Shown piece after piece: positions 63,201-64,000 of a stretch of 64,000 nt of DNA; the first letter of the stretch is position 1, and every line of letters starts with the position of its first letter. Source of the stretch: Andalucia godoyi And28. Taxonomy: Eukaryota > Protista > Jakobida. The stretch covers positions 1-64,000 of the forward strand of contig VRVR01000033.1 in the NCBI GenBank assembly GCA_009859145.1. The letters run 5' to 3'. The notes beneath the pieces were generated by a model. That model was not told the DNA's origin and made no database searches. It saw only the letters and a program-made list of their open reading frames with translations. A program made the translations under genes and the position numbers.

Positions 63201-63648
63201 AAACGGTACTTTTGTGATGATGTTTTTCGAGAATGGAACTTGGATCCAAACCTCCAAGGCTTGCCCATCTAATTTCTCGAAAGTCGTCACGTCCGCAGTC
63301 GACATTTCGCTGAATCTCTGCCATTTCACACAGTTTGCTCTGTTTGTGACGTATCCAGCAGCAGCCAATGCAACGTCCTCGCCACAAATCCCAGATGTCA
63401 AAACCGACACGACTGGCGATTCCTCCTCATCCAATCTGTCTGCAGACGAAATCATCATAATCGCCGTCGTGTGCTCCGTCGTGTTTGTCGCCGGTGTCAT
63501 TGCGGGTATCTGCTTGCTGTCACGCCGTCGCAGATCCGCATCCCTGAAGCTGCTTCCGCAGTCCATGCAGCAATGCGCGGTTCCGGAAGTTTCAAACCCG
63601 TTGCAAACGGCTCCCCTTAATCCAGTCGCACGCACTCGCCGGGATTAA
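57220..63648 (+). CDS. 2142-aa type I membrane protein: signal peptide, Gly-rich repeats, helical toxin-like region, six FN3 domains, GPS motif, TM
   Basis: Signal peptide IAVLLLLLCFPACRA, GxxGxxG tracts, six P..P...W..P...GG....Y/F FN3 units, GPS-like W..SKAC...CHFTQFALFV and TM IIIIAVVCSVVFVAGVIAGICLL followed by RRRR. Confidence 0.85.
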   Translation: MVRSGRIFSIDIAVLLLLLCFPACRAQSWTPAAFSLQCPSYFSQAVCAIISNVQTIQTTYPNISLNQPPLIRGKVTLSAPWFVLHSSMFSYFQSAYTNWDIDFFAYYFLISGSDNAVLSLPGSSVRIIAHEVSINASVVFDLHGQNADSIYGVPSAPLPAPVGAQAAALDILNLSDNGMNQGSVGAVGSNGQNGLTGQNGGNFMIHAYNLFSFPGKQISVNLTGGVGGTGQPAQNGQQGAQGGAGYTVGNLVQNPPYPFNDAGEAQLLNNGPETCCHWSVEAYYSAIYSDWPGTAPDSCYQQLAVYGNGDDPPDTYNGLCAGPGLGGSGGSAGVSGNGGVGGNAGLLTVEAVTAQSGSLEGVVNMAGSSFAGGAAGVGGAAASGGLPGVSGDGMCTYTWAVQANIGFHFTIYPMTPDPSAGCPLGEYASSSGTNPSPGVTPVSGTDGVPGNPGSPGASSSPAFQTLSGYYNFSFNADATSSFVIAGQNLAGALSFLIPVFSQDSGNLVNPVQGQLAKQALYGFMYDVVSIGNALGRTDISTSATSILKNLQNSLDSNFNSPTQIPVLNYDSLNTNLQASLSLGQQIEAFFFSYFSQQNARSQQITSIQTALQTLQTQQQSYLSTITQFYNTQLMPTYNMSSNLYNAMLVQQNLAFQDLSAITQCLQNAQQQANVQYDLQVMANVIMMGIAIGPGVGDAAGDVSDVANMNVEDPEDNHSPFYNPDVYDNPQIGIELTNWKPDWDTRLSIANDAGSIVQPSVSSGIPVQTMRSKRQISVRDEGGTDLSAAGDALMGIMFGQAPDIMGTYNDGIGVASMSAIISVVSQAIPSFTSFKNQVRLLGSSSSVSDAINYVQQATTQGYSNQQIMVQLNSATLQSWISQISSACFSQSYQLETDFNQYVSMQLNYNQLQLVIAAYESYIMALASSYVRATQQYNALQEAAQQLYPNPSASFIATTINNSYVSAIRSYVSNLGAFVKGYQYVMLSTTMLSTISSQYTACILNTQIGTGQFFSCAPIISSTAAQAYTTWEASQFSASLQPYQQFITFVVNPSTVGASSWSSFLKNGSVSFCIDPSNPVFYPSGVYLNRIFLSTAVILLRGTSNTGAKNFLLTMNSPQGVGVLSQDPESSQINFFKFAYAGNSQLVSYTGPTPSLSSIGANLQSWISTSGVVLTAASYNTQTMTSSGAYIGVSPFTSWTISYQGSLQDLVGVSQVEFLMSIQYLDVGSPILPAPIASGFYLCPPVPQPPSPWAQPPPAPNVTASVLVGQLSYDLGIFVKSVNASWNVSATAFNITNVATGASVMSSIITASASGRSVRVSGVSVGVTYSVSVALINSFGSSPVSVMNYTVPTSRPLSPTLVTAAVVNATTLNVSWVPPTSTGGVAVLRYVLGLSRAAKLFNGTAPSPIRKWNISTCCSTVVSYPFRFAQTGASYLISLFAVNSVGSSAVAVSSNFSVPDLLPGPPANLNVAVSWLSDARSTVTVSWTPPSFIGYNSTAVSYDVLLTGSAIPPKPMIAIASSNATFTDLPFGSVYFVTVWSVNSRGRSLLSRNTTFSLPVVPPTAPKLTSVAQVSLTSLLNVTWNATAVKNGGSLLSQFWITVRLSNATANATQYVTTVVAGQAVSFVVVSIPSAWPSRFNASVNVKSVNGAGLSSPQSNSLLFEFRRPSALPDAPTDVQAARNGNRLGIYWTAPSFTGSTPILKFCVEVYSRSWSDQYSLRNGCIPAASSATSVNTTLSKPGTQMIVRVSAVNSNGTSSWSLPAYFSVPANVPSEPPFVGAFIFSAGNVTITWSKPVSDGGAPLVNYTVLWRLLSPNVSVSYSSVVVPATLTSTDVSFSSNSSYTYEVKVACSSSAGTSNYSSPIQVSSKDLGLGVDLSPSTIFALPPLSIFRAEEGVPKTLDGASIALTVKPNTFASPIRFSVLVPTVLNGAISQGVNPNTTLPTFANSSTSFTGLTLFVSATSQSSGQKVQPSVPIPFSIGISKNFSKSVANANGTFVMMFFENGTWIQTSKACPSNFSKVVTSAVDISLNLCHFTQFALFVTYPAAANATSSPQIPDVKTDTTGDSSSSNLSADEIIIIAVVCSVVFVAGVIAGICLLSRRRRSASLKLLPQSMQQCAVPEVSNPLQTAPLNPVARTRRD

Positions 63649-63757
63649 AGGGCGCATCTCAAGGGGGAAAGATTTGGTAGGATGTACGGCAATTTTTCTC
63701 GTAAAGCTCAACATTCAATATGATACTGCGGATGTTTTGGTCGCCTTCCAAAATGTG

Positions 63758-63789
<32 letters not shown>
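63758..63789. repeat. (CAT)n microsatellite
   Basis: About 10-11 tandem CAT units. Confidence 0.9.
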
Positions 63790-64000
63790 CCCACGATATG
63801 CATAAGAAGCGGAGGGACCGGGGTTTGGAAATGCATTTGTTGACTGGCTGTTGTAGTGTTTGGTCCTGGGGATGTGCAGAGAAGCAAACACAGCAGGCGG
63901 CCTGAAATTCAAACAAGACGCAATTCTGACGGGAGAAGATGTAATGAAGGAAAAGACAAGAAGATAAAAAAAGAAAGCAGATGAGACGAGTGATGCATCA

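Noticed and set aside
1-64000. CRISPR arrays, rRNA genes and spliceosomal snRNAs
   Set aside because: No regularly spaced direct repeats or recognisable rRNA/snRNA conserved sequences were seen.

Overview
Gene-dense, intron-poor eukaryotic (protist) nuclear DNA with about 27 protein-coding genes, short AT-rich or microsatellite spacers and one intron-containing tRNA-Ser(CGA). Recognisable genes are a GhrA-like 2-hydroxyacid dehydrogenase, a DUF229 protein, sterol delta-7 reductase, ELP1, MFI/C11orf65, a TSET TTRAY1/TWD40-1-like protein, a kinase-SPRY fusion, an AidB-like acyl-CoA dehydrogenase, an HPP protein, FKBP12 (with a 12-nt micro-exon), DDX55/SPB4, a Zn2Cys6 factor, a lipase-FN3 membrane protein, a bacterial-type Tag glycosylase, HSP90, a Myb protein and IFT121/WDR35. 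This content fits a free-living flagellate, possibly a discoban such as a jakobid; that assignment is inference only. The main non-obvious signal is a family of four decayed IS607-type TnpB/Fanzor2 elements in intergenic spaces (about 4.8, 5.1-6.2, 17.2-17.8 and 26.5-26.9 kb). None encodes an intact nuclease, but together they retain RuvC-I, the bridge helix, the rearranged RuvC-II Glu, the Zn finger and RuvC-III. They also share a non-coding 3' module with covarying hairpins that looks like the omegaRNA scaffold and right end. The second notable item is a 2142-aa surface protein with a toxin-like N-terminal half, six FN3 repeats and a GPS autoproteolysis motif before a single TM helix.
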